Numbered from the stretch's first letter, positions 1-14,695 are shown. The stretch is 64,000 nucleotides of DNA from Amoebidium appalachense (GCA_963693365.1 CAVNZM010000005.1:9342334-9406333); one strand, 5' to 3'. The notes: generated by a model not told the origin, from the sequence alone. Numbers and translations are program-made.

Positions 1-883
1 TTATAATAGTATGTATCTCTACACTCACAAAAAAATATATATATATATATTTGAATAGTATTACATATAAGCTTGCAACCGGTACCAAAGTCCCCGGCCC
101 TCATGACCTCCCTCCCTCCGGGGATCCCCTACTAGTTTAACTACACATACAGTAGATCCCCCCTCTCCACCCCCTCTCCACCACCTCCCCCCCTTCCCCC
201 CCCCCCCCTCCCCCTCCCCCTCCTCCCCTCCCCCCCCCCCCCCTCTCCCTCTTCCTCCCTCAACCAGCCACCACCGTTCCATGTTCTGTTCAGCTCTAGG
301 CTGGATGGCGTTTTTTGTTACGAGGGTAAAAAGGGGGGCTTTACGCTGTTTACTCGAGGCAAAGAGACTTGAACTTGCCCAGCCAAGATTTGATAGAAAA
401 AAATCCTTACGTGGTAAAAAGCTATTAAAGGGGGTTTCTTTTAGGTTTTCGGGCCGGGCCGGGTCAGAGGGAATTCTAGCTATATGATTGGCGTGCTGCG
501 CATCAACTGCGCACCATCGTTTTGCCCGCAGCAAGGTTCAGATGCGCCAAAATACAACAAAAAAAGAAAAAAGAAAAGAGAAAAAAAGAAATAAAGAAGG
601 GAATAATAATGATAAAGCGTTAGAAAAAATTTTGCAGTTAATATCGTGATTTATATGCTGAACAAATGGCTTGACCCGGATGTGCTGGAATGGGGACAAT
701 TAATCGGCCTAAAAGAAACCCCGGGGCCCGGTCCTGACGTGAACGAGCTCAGCACTCCGCTGACACGAAGCCTACGTAGACAAGACCGCACGAACCTTTA
801 TTATTGAGGTCAACTGAAAAATATATACGTAAATATAGTGGAACATTAATGATAAATAATTTTATTCTTCACATTAATTGAAT

Positions 884-917
<34 letters not shown>

Positions 918-1164
918 CTTTATAGTTTTCGTTCCAGAAGTTTGAATGCCGCAAATATGCAGAAGGCCATGGCCCATGGAGACGGCGTGGACCGTGACTC
1001 ATGTGAGCCCGTGGCTCCGGTCCACTCAAAATAGCCGAGCCAGTAGTAAGTGCTCGGCGCGACACAAGTAGTGTGTTTCAAAAAATTCTAATACTTATCA
1101 ATCAAAATAAATATAGAATTGCTCATTTTCGACAAACTGCAGCTCTGAGATTTTTTTGTCTGTG

Positions 1165-1213
<49 letters not shown>

Positions 1214-2630
1214 TATACCTCCAAGGCTCCAACTCAATTCATTTACATGACGATTCGAACAGAAGTTTCGACGCCGGACTATAAACAAATCAATTCGGCT
1301 TTGCCCAATCGGGTTTGAGAAGGCAACATTCCTCAGATCGATAACTAGCTCTACCAATCAGATCGTCTGGTGGCTATCTACTTGAATATAATACGCGCCG
1401 AAGTAATACACCAATCAAATACGTCCATGATCCATATCTCCTCTTTTGAATCTAAACACTATTTTAATGTATAACTGTCAAATAGTGATATCACGAGCAC
1501 ATGCCTCCGAAAATCTGATGACCAATAATCCGCGTCCGTCACCCAGGACACTGCGGACATGTGGACCATTGGATCTGAACAAAAGGCCGAAAAGCAACTC
1601 GCGCACGTGTCATTTTCATTTCCGTTCTCCAAGATTTTCCTTCGCTCTACCAAACACCGCATGCACATCTCCCACACGCGCAGGTAACTGCGCGAAAACA
1701 TAACGCAGAACTAGGTAAGAGTTTTGAATTGAAATGGCGCGGGTGTTTGAGATAGAGATAGACACAGACTTGACACAACCGCGAAGTTTGACAGGGCATG
1801 CGTGTGGAACACGTTAGAGGTTTTGCAGGTAAATGAAAAAAAGAAAAACGGAGGAAGTTTGAAAAATCGTTGAAGCAAACGGAATACGCACTGTACCTGT
1901 TCATACGGTAGATTATGTTTGGAAATTTTCCGTTCGTCAGTCAAGAAACTCACAGCACGACACAGCCTCCTCGCGGCGCCTTCATTTTTTCAACAACGTG
2001 TTTCATTCAAACAGAAGCAAAATTGTTCCCATTTTCTCTGCTCTCCGTACGCTGCGGTTAATCATGTCTATTCTATAGAGCTGGGTGCCTTTCATTTATA
2101 AAACACAAACCGTGACTATTTTTCTTGACTGTGCAGCGTACATGCACGTGGAACCCGCTGTAGCATCAGGAGCATTACACGTGCGCGTCACAAACACGGA
2201 TTTTTCCCTCACCCCACGTATCGAGTTTTTTGGTTTATGGCGTGTGTAAACCGAACATTTCAAACACACTATTTATGTGGCACATGGACACATTTTTCTT
2301 TTCCCACGGCCAGTACCCACCAATTTTGTTTATTCCCACGGCACCCGAAGATTTTTAATTTTACGGCGCTCACACACAAGAATATTGCAAACGCAAGCGC
2401 AATATTCTATCTGGCACGCGGGACACGGACACATTTTCTTTCCCCTTTGTGAAGGCGCCAACACGTAACGCGACGCACACATTATGTTGCTATGGCATAT
2501 GGTGGTCCTGGTTTCAACTTGGATTAGAAATACGTCATTTGGCTTGTTGCGTAGCCCTCTTGCGACATGTTCCAATGAATAAGCATATTTGGAGCAACAG
2601 AGAGTGTACACATCGACACACAGTGGGCTG

Positions 2631-2669
<39 letters not shown>

Positions 2670-2999
2670 GCACTCTATTTAATGATCGAAAGTGGCCTTT
2701 GGTGGCACCTGTGTGTGTGTGCATATGTTGCACTATTGCTATCTTATGCACCCACCACTGCACACACCTTTCTTACGTCCTAGGCATGGATTCATTCCTT
2801 GTGTTTCATTTACCTTCGTTTCTTTCTTCTCTCTCTCTTGCTCTAGAGCTGTGGTCTCTCATTCTTTTTAAACTTCTAATCCTGCCAGTTTTTTATTTGG
2901 CCAGCTAAAGCTAGTCTTTTTTTTTTTTTTTTTTTTTTTTTTTCCCCACAGACAACATATTGTCGAAAGTGGAAGGGGCATCAGCCGTGTCGACTCGCC

Positions 3000-4222
3000 A
3001 TGGCGCAGTGGTCAAATTGCGCACGTGCGCTTGCCCTAATTTGGGCAATCGCTGCCCCGACGGTCCATGCGAATCAAATCGCGGCAGACATTGGCATGGG
3101 GGGGGCTAAAAATAACATCCTGCTCCCCAACGATTTCGCTTCACGGCTCACGCTCGGAACCGACGGTGGGGATACGCGGGAACAGTTGAAAAACGACACG
3201 AACGGGATCGATGTCGTCATTGTTGGAGCGGGAATGGCGGGTTTGGCAGCGGCAAGAGATCTTGCTAGAAGGGGCATGCAGGTAGTGATTTTGGAGGCAC
3301 AGGACAGGGTGGGGGGGAGGGTGCAGACGAGCAGGGAGTGGGAGGATGTGGGGCTTTTGGAGTTGGGCGCAAATTGGATTCATGGCAACAGCAGGGATAA
3401 CCCCCTCAGCAGGTATTAGACCCCCCGGCCCCCTATTGAACCCCCCCCTTTTGCATTTAAACGTGAACGAGTTCTGCATGTCTTGTGTGCACCTGCTGTT
3501 TTTTTCAATGGACATATCTGCACGGTGTGCTCTGCTGTGAATCCTGTGGCTCTACTTTTGATGCATATTACTCTGTGCCTGTGCCCTTTTTTATATCTGC
3601 TTCTCCGCTATTTGGTACCCGCTGTTACGTAACTGTGTGCCGAATCCCTCCCCCCCCCCCCCCCCCCCCCCCCCCCACACACACACACAAAAAAAATATG
3701 AAAAAGAAAGAAGACAGAAAGAACTAAAAAAAGAAAAGGGAAGAAAAGAGAAACGAACGCAAGATATAAAGAACGAAAGAGTATTGTGTGCGTTTGCGAC
3801 TGTATGTATTCATTATGTCTGGTCGAAGTATATCAGCAATTGTTCTGGTTGATTAAACATAAATATATTGTTGTGTTCATCTTGAACTTGTTTTGTATTC
3901 ATTTTTCGTCTTAAGAAGGGGCAAACTAACGATTAATGGTATTGTTTCTGGTAGAAATTGAAGCTTGGCCAAAAATGACCTTTAACGAAAAGCATCGAAA
4001 CCAATATTCGCACTTGTGGCTACTTTTGCAAACTTTGAATAAGTCGCCCTATTTTAATCTTACATGTTAATAATTCTCCCAGCTATGCACGTCGGTTAAA
4101 CCTGCGCCGCCACATCACCAACTATGCAAACACGGCGGCAATTCTCAAGAACGGATCCGTTCTAGCCCCGGCCACCATCCATCCAATGCAGGAGCTTTTT
4201 GAACAGGTCTCCCTGAAGGTAG

Positions 4223-4254
<32 letters not shown>

Positions 4255-5970
4255 AGTTGGGTTTCGTTAAGGAGGTGAATAGGTCGAAACTCGGGTACTG
4301 TGGATGACGTGGCCCTCCCCTGAGGATGGACTCTGCTTATTATGCATACTCTTTATGTATGGCTTCAATTCTGCATCGTGTTATCCGTTTGTTCTTGTGT
4401 ACTTCGTACTTTTTGACGCATTCAAACCCCCCCCCTCACCCTCCCCCGACGGGTTGCACCTGGCCTATCCAATATCAACTAACATTCGGATTAACCCAAA
4501 ACACATAGGCACATAGACTTCCATTGTCATGGAGAGGAAAAAAAAAAAAAAAAAAGGTGAGAGAGAAAGATTGCAGATGTGCTTGTATATGGTAGCGAAA
4601 GTGACTTTTTGGACCAAACACTAATTGATATTGTTTTTGGGCATATACAGCCTCAGGCCCAATATTTTTGGGTATTTTCATCAGCATTTTTTAGCTCACA
4701 TGGGCGTACTCAAATAGCAGTTTTTACCATATATGGGCATGCCCATTGCCATTTTTGGTAACTGACTTTTGTGCACGTTGCAGGAGGCCAAGGAGTATGC
4801 CCGCAGGCTGGCTGAGGGTAAGCAACCAATCATCTCAATTGGTGATTTCCTCCGGCAGGCATGTTAACCCCTCCCTCCCCCCCAAGTGAAACAGTATCTG
4901 AGTTGGGTTTCGTTAACGAGGGGAATAGGTCGAAACTCGGGTACTGTGGATGACGTGGGCCCCCCCTGAGGATGGGCTCTGCTTATTATGCATACTCTTT
5001 ATGTATGGCTTGCATTCTGCATCGTGTTATCCGTTTGTTCTTGTGTACTTCGTACTTTTTGACGCATTCAAACCCCCCCCCCCCCCCCCCCCCCCCCCCC
5101 ACACACACACATGCCCGCCCGCCCTCGGCTCGTGTAAAGCACACAAAGACACACGTACACACACAGAAGCCTGAGCACACACTCGTATACCAACCACCCC
5201 CAAATTTGTTTGTATTTCCGTGGTGTGGACTGTGTTGTGTTCTTCGTTTTGTGCTTAGGTGGTCCGCGCTAGGTACCCAAAAAGTGACCACACAAAACAC
5301 ACACACATGCGCATTCGCCCCCCCACTATCCCAGTTCCAGCCCCTTGCGACCCTTTTGTCCCTCTATTACACTCTGTCCATCTCGCAGGTGCTAACATTC
5401 CCTTTTATGGCAGGTGAGTGAAAGCCGCAACCTTAAAGGTGTGGAGCGAGACTACTTCATGCACCTGGCCAGTCTAAAAATAGAACACTGGGTGGCTGCC
5501 GACATCAACCTTCTCTCATTGGACGATTGGAATTCAGCCAATCAGTTTGATGTACGTGATAGACCCCCTCCCTCCCCCTTCCCCCCTGTCCACACACACA
5601 GGCACACATCTGCACCCTCTTTTGTCTATAAGGTTACCATTCCCGTGTGCATTTGTACCCCCTCTCGCCTCCCCCATGTCCTCCCTCCCCCCCCCCCCCC
5701 CCCCCCCCATCCCCTCCCCTGCACACACACGCATCGCGTGTTAGCCCCTTATCTGTTAGCACTCCCCCTCCCCCCCTTCTCTGCCTCTTGGGTTATCCAC
5801 ACACAACGAAAAATCCGAACTAAATCCATTTTTCCTTTCCGCAGGGAGATGATGAGTTCATTATGGGGGGATTTCAAAAGGTCCCCGAGGAGCTCTGGAG
5901 AGAGGCGAGAGATAGTGCCGTACAGCCTCCAACACTGTTTTTGGGCCAAAATGTGACTGCCATCGACTAC

Positions 5971-6008
<38 letters not shown>

Positions 6009-7276
6009 ACTTTTGTGCATGCACGTGTGTGTGTATGTGTACTGGGTGTGTCTCTCGAATGTGTGCAAATGTGGATTTTGGGTGTCAACTTTTGTATTAC
6101 GCAAGCCCTTTCGTAAGCGGTAGAGAATATCAATTTGATTAAACGTCTCTAGAAAGGCAATTAAAGCTAATGGTTGCATGATCCCAACAGTGGCCCACAA
6201 GTAACCGTGAGGACGGCTGATGGGGGGTCCTATGTGTGCAACTATGTGGTGGTGACGGTGTCCCTGGGGGTGCTCAAGAACAGGAAAATTGAATTTTCGC
6301 CTGCGCTGCCGTCCAGCCACCAGGCTGCTATTGATAACCTCCTGCACGGTGTCCTCAACAAGATCTTCCTCAAATTTCCTGAAGGCTAGACCCCCCCCCC
6401 CCCCCCCCCTCCTTCTCCGTCCTCCCCCTCGTTACCAGGAGTCTGATTACGTAGTGTTTGCAGAATACGCACGTACAATTTACGTTAGGTCACATGTTCA
6501 GTTGGTGTTTTGCCTAGTGGAATGGATGGATGTGTTTGTATGTCGAAAGGGAAGTAAAAAGGGGGGAAGAGGGGAAAGAAATCGGTAGGCTTGGAGAAAC
6601 AATCAAGTGTGTGTGTGTGTGTGTGTTAGTGTGTGTGTTTGGGGAGGGGGGGGGGGGGGGGGGTAGTAGAATATCAAGCGATGTTCCCTATATACTCAGC
6701 TTTACATTTTTTAGAAGGAAGTAAAAAGGGGGGAAGGGGGGAGAGATCTTGGTAGGCTTGGAGAAGCAATCAAATTTGTGTGTGTGTGTGTGTGTGTGTT
6801 GGGGGGGAGGGGGGGGGGAGTAGAATATTTTGAGCCATATTCCCTATACATATTAGTATATTCGACTTTACTAATTTCTGTGTTATATCTCGGCAGGTCC
6901 CGACGGTTCTGCCCCGTTCTGGGTGAAGAAGGTAGGAGACGTGCAGATGATAGAGTATGTCGGGGAGATACCCAAGGAATATGGCCGGCTGGACGAGATA
7001 TACTCCCTCTACCACAACTACCGAAGTCCAGTTCTGTTGTGCTTTACGGGTGGAGAGCCCGGTTTGAAGGTAAAAGTCCCCCTCCCCCTCCCACCAAATC
7101 ACCACCGCGCACGCACAAAAAAACCACACACGAACCCCCCCCCCCCCCCCCCCCTCCCCTCTCCCCCACACCACCACCACCCCACCCCACCCCACCCCGC
7201 GGCCCTCTCAGAATCTCTCGATCCTTTCAGGCTCTCCCTACTATCTGCGGCCCACACATTTTCTAAAAATAATCCG

Positions 7277-7308
<32 letters not shown>

Positions 7309-7702
7309 ACCACCACCACCACCACCACCACCATAACCCACCACCATAACAACAACAACAACAACACACACACACACGCAGTACGAGGCGCTCTCGGACG
7401 AAGAAACCATCTCCGTGCTCATGAAGACACTCCGGTGGATGTTTGGAGAGGACATCCCCGACCCCATCGACTACATCATTTCCCGGTGGGGGCAAAACCC
7501 GTATTCGTACGGGAGTTACTCCAGTCTATGTACGGAGTGTACCCCAGATATGAGAGATCACCTTGCCGAACCGATTAGGGGGAGGTTGTTTTTGAGCGGG
7601 GAGGCGACGAGTAGGCAGTACCCCGGTTATGTCCATGGTGGGTTGCTGGCTGGAGTCGACACGGCAAGGAAAGTGTGCGAATCTGCGGGGTGTTTTCCTT
7701 GA
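3000..7702 (+). CDS. Flavin-containing amine oxidase (polyamine oxidase-like) with N-terminal signal peptide; exons 3000-3412, 4083-4218, 4784-4858, 5414-5551, 5845-5972, 6191-6384, 6897-7069, 7382-7702
   Basis: FAD-binding VIVGAGMAGLAAA..LEAQDRVGGR and ELGANWIHG in exon 1; VVVTVSLGVLK...FSPALP and NKIFLKF in exon 6; SRWGQNPYSYGSYS and LFLSGEAT...GYVHGG in the last exon. Exon phases join in frame; introns 3 and 6 need GC donors. Hydrophobic N-terminus ALALIWAIAAPTVHA. Confidence 0.9.
4318..4428 (+). repeat. Intron-resident dispersed repeat beginning CCCTGAGGATGGRCTCTGCTTAT (representative copy)
   Basis: Near-identical copy at 4963-5072; related copies near 25615-25712, 28238-28260, 29712-29815, 34867-35005 and 37601-37680. 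Confidence 0.8.
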
Positions 7703-8659
7703 AAAAAAACCCCGCGTTTGGCCCTTGCTGTGTCATAATAGATCCCCTTGACACCGGACACCGAAATTTCTCTTTGGGTTTGCGGATGTGCTGACCCTTC
7801 GTATGTTGGGCTTAGCAGGGGGATTTCCCGATCGATATTATGGAAATAGAATATCTATTGTTGATAATGATGATTTGAGTTAAATTCATGAACACCTCTG
7901 ATTTTGACATAGCTTTAAGCATAGGTTTCTTTATCCAGAGGTCCAAGAAAGCCCTCCGTGTATAGATGTGTGAAAATTATAATTCCGACTTTGCTTTTAC
8001 AATTCTTGAGAGTTGCATATATGTGGTGCGGGTAATGATAGTTTCTATGTAGCTAATGATAATATGTCTTTGTACATTGTGTGCAAAGCTAGATAGTGTG
8101 ATCCGATGATGACCAACCTGATTTTGTTGAACTCTAAGGGAATTGTCGGGACTGGTGATATGGTGTTGAGTGGAGCTGTGCCCATGGTCTAATGGTGAGT
8201 CAATAAATAATGACCCAAGTTACAAAGCTAAACATTTCGATTTGCCTCCCCCGCCCCCCCCCCCCCCCCCCCCCCCCCCCGCCCTCCACCACCCACCCAC
8301 CCACCCACCCAACTTTCCTTCCACCACACATATGTACATAGGCATGACGTCGACATAACCAACGTTGTGAATGCGTACTTTGCTCGAGAGTCAACCATCC
8401 CCCAACACACACACACACACAACACACACACACAAACCGTCTTGAGCTTGAGCCTCAGTGGCTAGATGCATATATACGGTGCTTGCAAAGGTTGAACACT
8501 TGTGATACGCCCTAAAGCTAGGCTACCTGATTACTACGGTCTCCACTGTGAGTTGCTAACTTTGCACGTACACGTGTATGCTGAGCCCGAGTGTGCCCAG
8601 CTGGATATTCCCGATATATTACCCACACCTAACTTCCATTACGTAAACTTTGTCCAATC

Positions 8660-8696
<37 letters not shown>

Positions 8697-9257
8697 TTCT
8701 TCCAAGGTTTTCACATGCACTGCTGCACGCCTGCAGCTGTTGCAAATGGTGCAATACGTATACCTGGGGGCTGTGGCACGCGCGCGTCACAGTGACATGC
8801 GAGGTAGTCCGGTGAACAGGTCAAAACTCAAGTACTGTGATTGATTTGCCTTTGCCGGACGGGCTTTTCATTGATCAAGATACGTATATGTACGATGTCA
8901 GATGTACTCTTTTGTGCATGCAAAACTTAACTTTGCATTTGTACGGTATGCAATCTCTTGTTGTGTTGGCCTTATGGTTTCTTGTACGTATAATCAATGG
9001 CCTTCCCATCAGCTCATTCGCCCATGTAATACTGTTACACACCGATATTGTCAACCGCACACGTAGCCCACATAGCAAAACAACTTCAACTTGCTACATG
9101 TCAAGAACGCCCAGTATATTGGATGCTACACACGCCCGTTATTTTCGAGCCTTATGTGGTCAGACATACAGTAAAGATAGTAGGGAAACTCTAGCAACCA
9201 GCTTTCAAGTAATTGTGTTTGAATAAGCAAATACATACAATCTATCCTTCCCCCCCA

Positions 9258-9300
<43 letters not shown>

Positions 9301-9529
9301 AGGTGTACACGTCTACAAATATCAAGTTCTTACATGCACATACATACCGTTCATAGTTGCATAAAACAAAACAAGACAAAAAAAATCCCTCTCGCAGACG
9401 CCCGCACCTAAAGAAACATTAACTACATAGGAGCCCCCCCTCCCCCCCCCCCCCCCCCAAAATAAAATAAAATAAAAAATAATAATAAATAAATAAATAA
9501 ATAAATAAACAAATAAAAACCATCTCGTT

Positions 9530-11416
9530 TCACTCATTCATATACCTACGCATATCCCTCTCCCAGTGTTTCTCCCTCTTCTCCCTCTTCATCAGCTCCC
9601 GTTTAGTCATCCCCCCAGACACGTTTTTCTTTTTCACATCCTCCACTGCCCGTATATCTCCCGCCTGAAAATGCGTCACCTTAGCCTTGCTCGCATCGCC
9701 GTTTTTCACGCCTATCCCGGCTCTATCCCTCTTTAAAACAGTAGCGATGGGGTTTTTCCTCCCTTCGCCCTCCTTCCCCAACCCTTCCCCTTCCTCCCAC
9801 CCTTCCTTCTTCAGGATTTTGTAACCTGGGTTCTTGGCCGAGCTGGGGATAACATGCACCGTTTCACGTTTTACACCGAAATTATGCAGAGTTGACGCCA
9901 AATGTTTCTGCCATTGACTCAAGCTCACATCCGTCCTACACACATCACACCTCCTCGTTTCCTCCCTCGCGGGCGCACGTTCCTTTCTCCCTTCTCCCTT
10001 TCCCGTTTTCGCTCGTTTCGTGCCCTTTTCACTCCCAGGTTCCTCCTTTATTTGCACCATATTACCAACCGCTGCGGCACCACCGTTTGGGCCCCATCTA
10101 TGTTTTTCGTTTTTCGTTTCCATACGCCGCCGTTTCCTCTCCCCTCCAATCACCCTGTTCTTCTCCCCTCCCTCCCCCTCTTCCTCCTCGCTCTCCGTAT
10201 CATCCCACCTACTCCCGCCCTTTTTCACGTTTTCCATTCCCTCCTCTGCTTTCACTACCGCTTGTGTCCTGCTCCGAAGGTCATGTTCATGCATCACCAC
10301 CTCTTCCTTCAACTTTCCCCTTGACGCATCCCGTTTCCTCCATCGCTGCACATGTGTATAAATGAGATCAGAAACAATGTGCGCCCCATGCTTTTTTGAA
10401 ATTCGCGCAATGTCAATTGCGTTTTGCCCCTTGTTGTCCGTTATCGTAGGGTCCGCTCCGTGGTCCAGCAAATACCTAACAACATGCAAACGGCCCTCGC
10501 AAGCTGCACACATAAGCGGCGTCCACCCATAATCATCGCGCATGTCGATGAGAGCAGCAGAACCAGTAAGGGATGATTGAATGACGTCGAGGTTGCCTTC
10601 TTGAGATGCGCGGAGAAGTTTACGTGTGAGCTCGGTTAGATCAGGCTGTGTGGGTGCTTGAACAGTGGCTACTGGTATATGTTTTTGCTTTCTTTGATTG
10701 GAAGTGGTAGTGGATGGAGTGGCACTCTCGCCATCCTTAGCAGGTGGAAGGGAAAGAACTTCTTGGTAGATGCTCAGTGCTTGCTCACCAGACAGTGGCC
10801 CACCTGAGTGAGTGAGTGTGTGGGTGAGTGTGTGTTTGTGTGTGTGTGTGCGCGCATGTGTGAGTGAGACAGAGTGTATGTATGTGTGTGTGTGTGTGCA
10901 GGTGTATGTGTGGATCTCCTGTAGAGATGGAAGAATGTGTGGTGTTGGCGTGCCGTGTAGTGTTTGTATGGTAACATGTGTTGTGTAAAAAGTCAACGAA
11001 AAAAGGGTCAGTAAGGGACAGAGTTACACGTATGAACTCGGCAGCCCTATCCACTGTGGCCTGTTCGTTATCAAACTCAACACTAGCATGAACAAGATTC
11101 ACAAGCATGCACCCTTGTGCTTAACCATTCCCCTCTGCACACTGCCCAACGTGAGCCACGGCGTAAGTGAGCGCGTGTGTATAAGGTGAGAGTAGCCTAA
11201 GAGTGTGCCGGAACACAAGTGTGTGATGCTTGCAACTGTGGTTAGGGGGAGAAGGCGCTCTTGTGGAAGCGCGCGGTGTGAGCCACGGTGTGTGTGTGTG
11301 TGTGCGAACGTGTGCGCGTGCGTGCGTGCATGTGAGTGTCATGTGCTTTCTGCTGCCGCTGGTGGTAGTGGCTTTAGGCTTTGAGGGGGAGAGGAGGGGT
11401 GTTGGAGGGGAAGGGG

Positions 11417-11448
<32 letters not shown>

Positions 11449-11674
11449 AAGGGGGCGGCGGGCGGGGAGGGTAGGAGGAGGATTAGGTTTAAGTTTGTAA
11501 CGGAGTAAACCGGCTAAAAGAAGGGGAAAATGACTCACCTTTCCCCTTCCCATGTTCCTCCTGCTTCCATGGTTCCAACTCTCCTGTTATTGCCGGCACA
11601 AATCTCACATGGTGGCGGTAGCTGTGTGCCTTGCGCGAGAGCTGCTGTCCCTCAGCCTCCATACCTGCCGTCAT
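9530..11674 (-). CDS. GPANK1: G-patch domain and ankyrin repeat-containing protein 1 homologue; exons 11674-11539 and 10803-9530 (start may be 11662)
   Basis: N-terminal VRFVPA and LSGEQALSIYQEV; ankyrin repeats (DDYGWTPLMCAACEGRLHVVRYLLDHGAD); C2H2-like CDVC..HLASTLH; G-patch NPGYKILKKEGWEEGEGLGKEGEGRKNPI. Donor AG|GTGAGT and acceptor CAG are both phase 1. Confidence 0.9.
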
Positions 11675-12902
11675 AACGTATATGGCCTGGGTGAAACGCT
11701 TAGTGTTGGTGTCTTGGCATGTTGGAAAAATCATAAAGCTATTCAGACGGACAAAGCGTGCCGGCCGTACGCTCAGGCTCAACTGCACCACAAGTAACGT
11801 CGTCAAGTTCTGCCCCGCGGCCGTCAGTTCTAGACCGGTACCATGGACGGCAAGCAGCCGACCTCCGAAACTCAAGGCACATGCGCCTGGCCGTGTAACT
11901 ATCCATTTAGTATCCACAGAGGCCCAATGGACGCTTATAGAACCTAGCATGGTTTTCTTTTGAATTTGACAATCCTGGTCACGAAAGACTCCTGAAACAT
12001 TCCGGAAAATCAAAGAATGGAATGGGCCCGGGTACCATATCAGGAGCGGGCAATTTTTGAATTCTCCCTCCCCGGCCCCGCCGGGGAAAATTTGAGGGTT
12101 TTTGGACCTCAAAGAAGTCAAATCCTGCAAAATCCACTACCGGGAGGCCAAAAAGGGTGATTTTACAAAAAAGGAGGGACATACATGAAAAAGAGAAAAT
12201 GGGCGAGTTCAGTGGGCTGCCGATAAGTATATTTCGTGCTGGGCCGGTATACATGCTGCCGTGGTTGTTGCTGTAGACGGCAGTATGGCATCGCATGTGT
12301 CACGTGACCTGCACGTGAATGCGACCATGTGCAGGCACTGAGTCTAGGGGGATTTGTATGTGTGTTTTGGAGCACCGACAAGGCAGAGCCAGGGTGAGGG
12401 ATGTGTAAACATGGAGTTTAGGGAGATCGTGCTGCTATTGTAACATGTGCACAAAACAGCCACGTGCACCGGCACACTCCGGTGTACAGAACAATAATAT
12501 GCACATGCGTCACTGTAATATCATGTATGCGCATGCCGCACAAGGTTTAGGAGACCACCACAGTATATACTATTTTCTTTTGGTTGATATCCATGTAGGA
12601 ATGGTGTGTTGCAGTTGTCATGATCAGCCTGAGGCAGGCACGTGCACTCACTGAATCACTAGAACTCATGAATAAAAAATACATTCGCTAAAAACGGCAA
12701 GGTAAATTTGGGGCCAAGCTATTATTTCCCCCTTTTAAACGTTTTTTTAGCTCCAAGAACTTCGACGCCAAAATTTCTATATTTGGCCATCGTATATGAT
12801 AATGAACACGTGTACTTAAATTAAAGTAGTTATATAAATATGAGCGGCCCGTTACAAATACAGTGACGAAAAACAGTGACCCACGAGCAGTTTTTCTTTC
12901 TA

Positions 12903-12947
<45 letters not shown>

Positions 12948-14281
12948 ACACACACCAGACACACACACCACCACCACGGTGACCACCACCACCACCACCA
13001 CCACCACTCACCCCTTAAAAAAACCACACACATACGTGCACGTGTACACACACACACAGAACACCACCACCACCTCCACTGGACCCCATTTCCTCGTTGT
13101 TTTCTTAAGCCTTCAGACCAGTCCTGCACACTGGAGTTAAACAATTGAATTCACCTAGGCTGACATGCATCCACCCCCGCCTTCCACTTCCCTCCCCCCC
13201 CACCCCCACCCCCCACCCCCCCCACCCCCACCCCCTCCCCCTCGATGAAGAAGGGCCCCCGTAAGCCTTGGGGGGGGGGGGGGGGGGGGGGGAAGGGGAA
13301 GGGGGGAGGCTCTTGAGCCTCCGGGTAGGGAAGTGGGGTCCGGGGATCCGGAGAGGAGGGGGGGGGGGGGGGGGGGGGGGGGAAGGGGGCATATAATATT
13401 GGGCCTAGATATCATAGTATGGGGCCCCGGGGGAGGGAGAGGTGGGGGGGAGGGGGGAGGATCCACGGGAAAGACCTTTAGGTGCATGTTCTTATTTATA
13501 CCCCCTTCGAATCATCCCCCCTCTCCCCCCCCCTCCCCCCCCCCCCTGAGTGCAGGCCGTGACGTAGCTACGATAACCCTGCAGAAGGCAACAAAAATGT
13601 ATTAATTACTAGCACTATACATGTGTTCATAGTGCAGCTTGCACCACGTATGATCTCAGCAACTTTAAAGTAGTCACAAAGTTTAGTTATTTTCATTATT
13701 TTCATTGCTCTGAACTCTATTACTCTGAAATGATCACCGTGCATGTGCCGCAAGATAACAACCCTATATGTGTGCAGCTGCTGCCTGCAGGTTAGACTCG
13801 CTGAAAAGACAATTGTCAGTGTGCATCCGACGCTTGCAGCTGCAGCTAGCCTCTGCAACATTAATACTTGCCAAGTGAATGCTCTTACACTTGATCATCA
13901 TTCACTCAAAAAACCGAGGACCGACAGATTAAATATTAATGTCGATCCGAATGATCAGCAAGTGTCTATGCGTACTACTATATATACACACACGTAAAAT
14001 GCGAAGCTATCAGTTACAAGGCACACCTGCTGCACTGGCACACATACACATACACACCGGCAGATCGATGCTGTCAAAATTTACTTTCATGTACTTCGTA
14101 GGTCCGACACAGGTGCACATGAACACGTACATATGTACAAGCCGCGCACACACCACACCACACATACACACACACACACACACACTCACACACACACACG
14201 CACACACGCACACACGCACACACGCACACACGCACGCACGCACGCACACACACACACACACGCACGCACGCGCGCGCGCGC

Positions 14282-14369
<88 letters not shown>

Positions 14370-14695
14370 GACACACACACACACACACACATCACTGGGT
14401 GCGCTCGCTGGGGATTAGTTTTTTGGCACGCTGTTGACTTTATCGTGTGTTTATTATTTGCTATTTATTGGCCAGCGGCCAACATTTAAAAATATACTAT
14501 ATACCTAAAAATAGATACTGACTACGGCCAGCAGACATTATACACCTTCCAGGACACATTAACACCAATAGTCTAACACACCATACTCTCGATCACAAAG
14601 AATTCCTAACAAACAGAGAAAAGTGCAAAGGCTCTGTACTATTACTCAGATTCTAAATTTTAATTCTTTACAGTAAACTTCGGAATGAAAGCTAG

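Noticed and set aside
60-2600. Possible genes or defined transposons in the first 2.6 kb
   Set aside because: Only scattered short repeats (such as GGCAC..GGACACATTTT near 2280 and 2415); no coding motifs or paired termini that I can support.
4250-4330. Hammerhead ribozyme (GAAAC...GTA and CTGAGGA present)
   Set aside because: The core elements are not in a pairing arrangement I can build; a simple inverted repeat explains the sequence better.
7783-7800. CGGATGTGCTGACCC resembles part of U1 snRNA, a Dada target
   Set aside because: Only about 15 nt match; no U1 5' end or Sm site is nearby; it is far from the Dada-like gene.
10804-10996. N-terminal extension of the 488-aa GPANK1 ORF
   Set aside because: It reads through (CA)n intron sequence; a good acceptor at 10806-10804 and an upstream exon with the conserved motif explain the gene.
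11974-12243. Possible MITE bounded by CACGAAA/TTTCGTG
   Set aside because: The inverted match is only about 7 bp and no TSD is visible.
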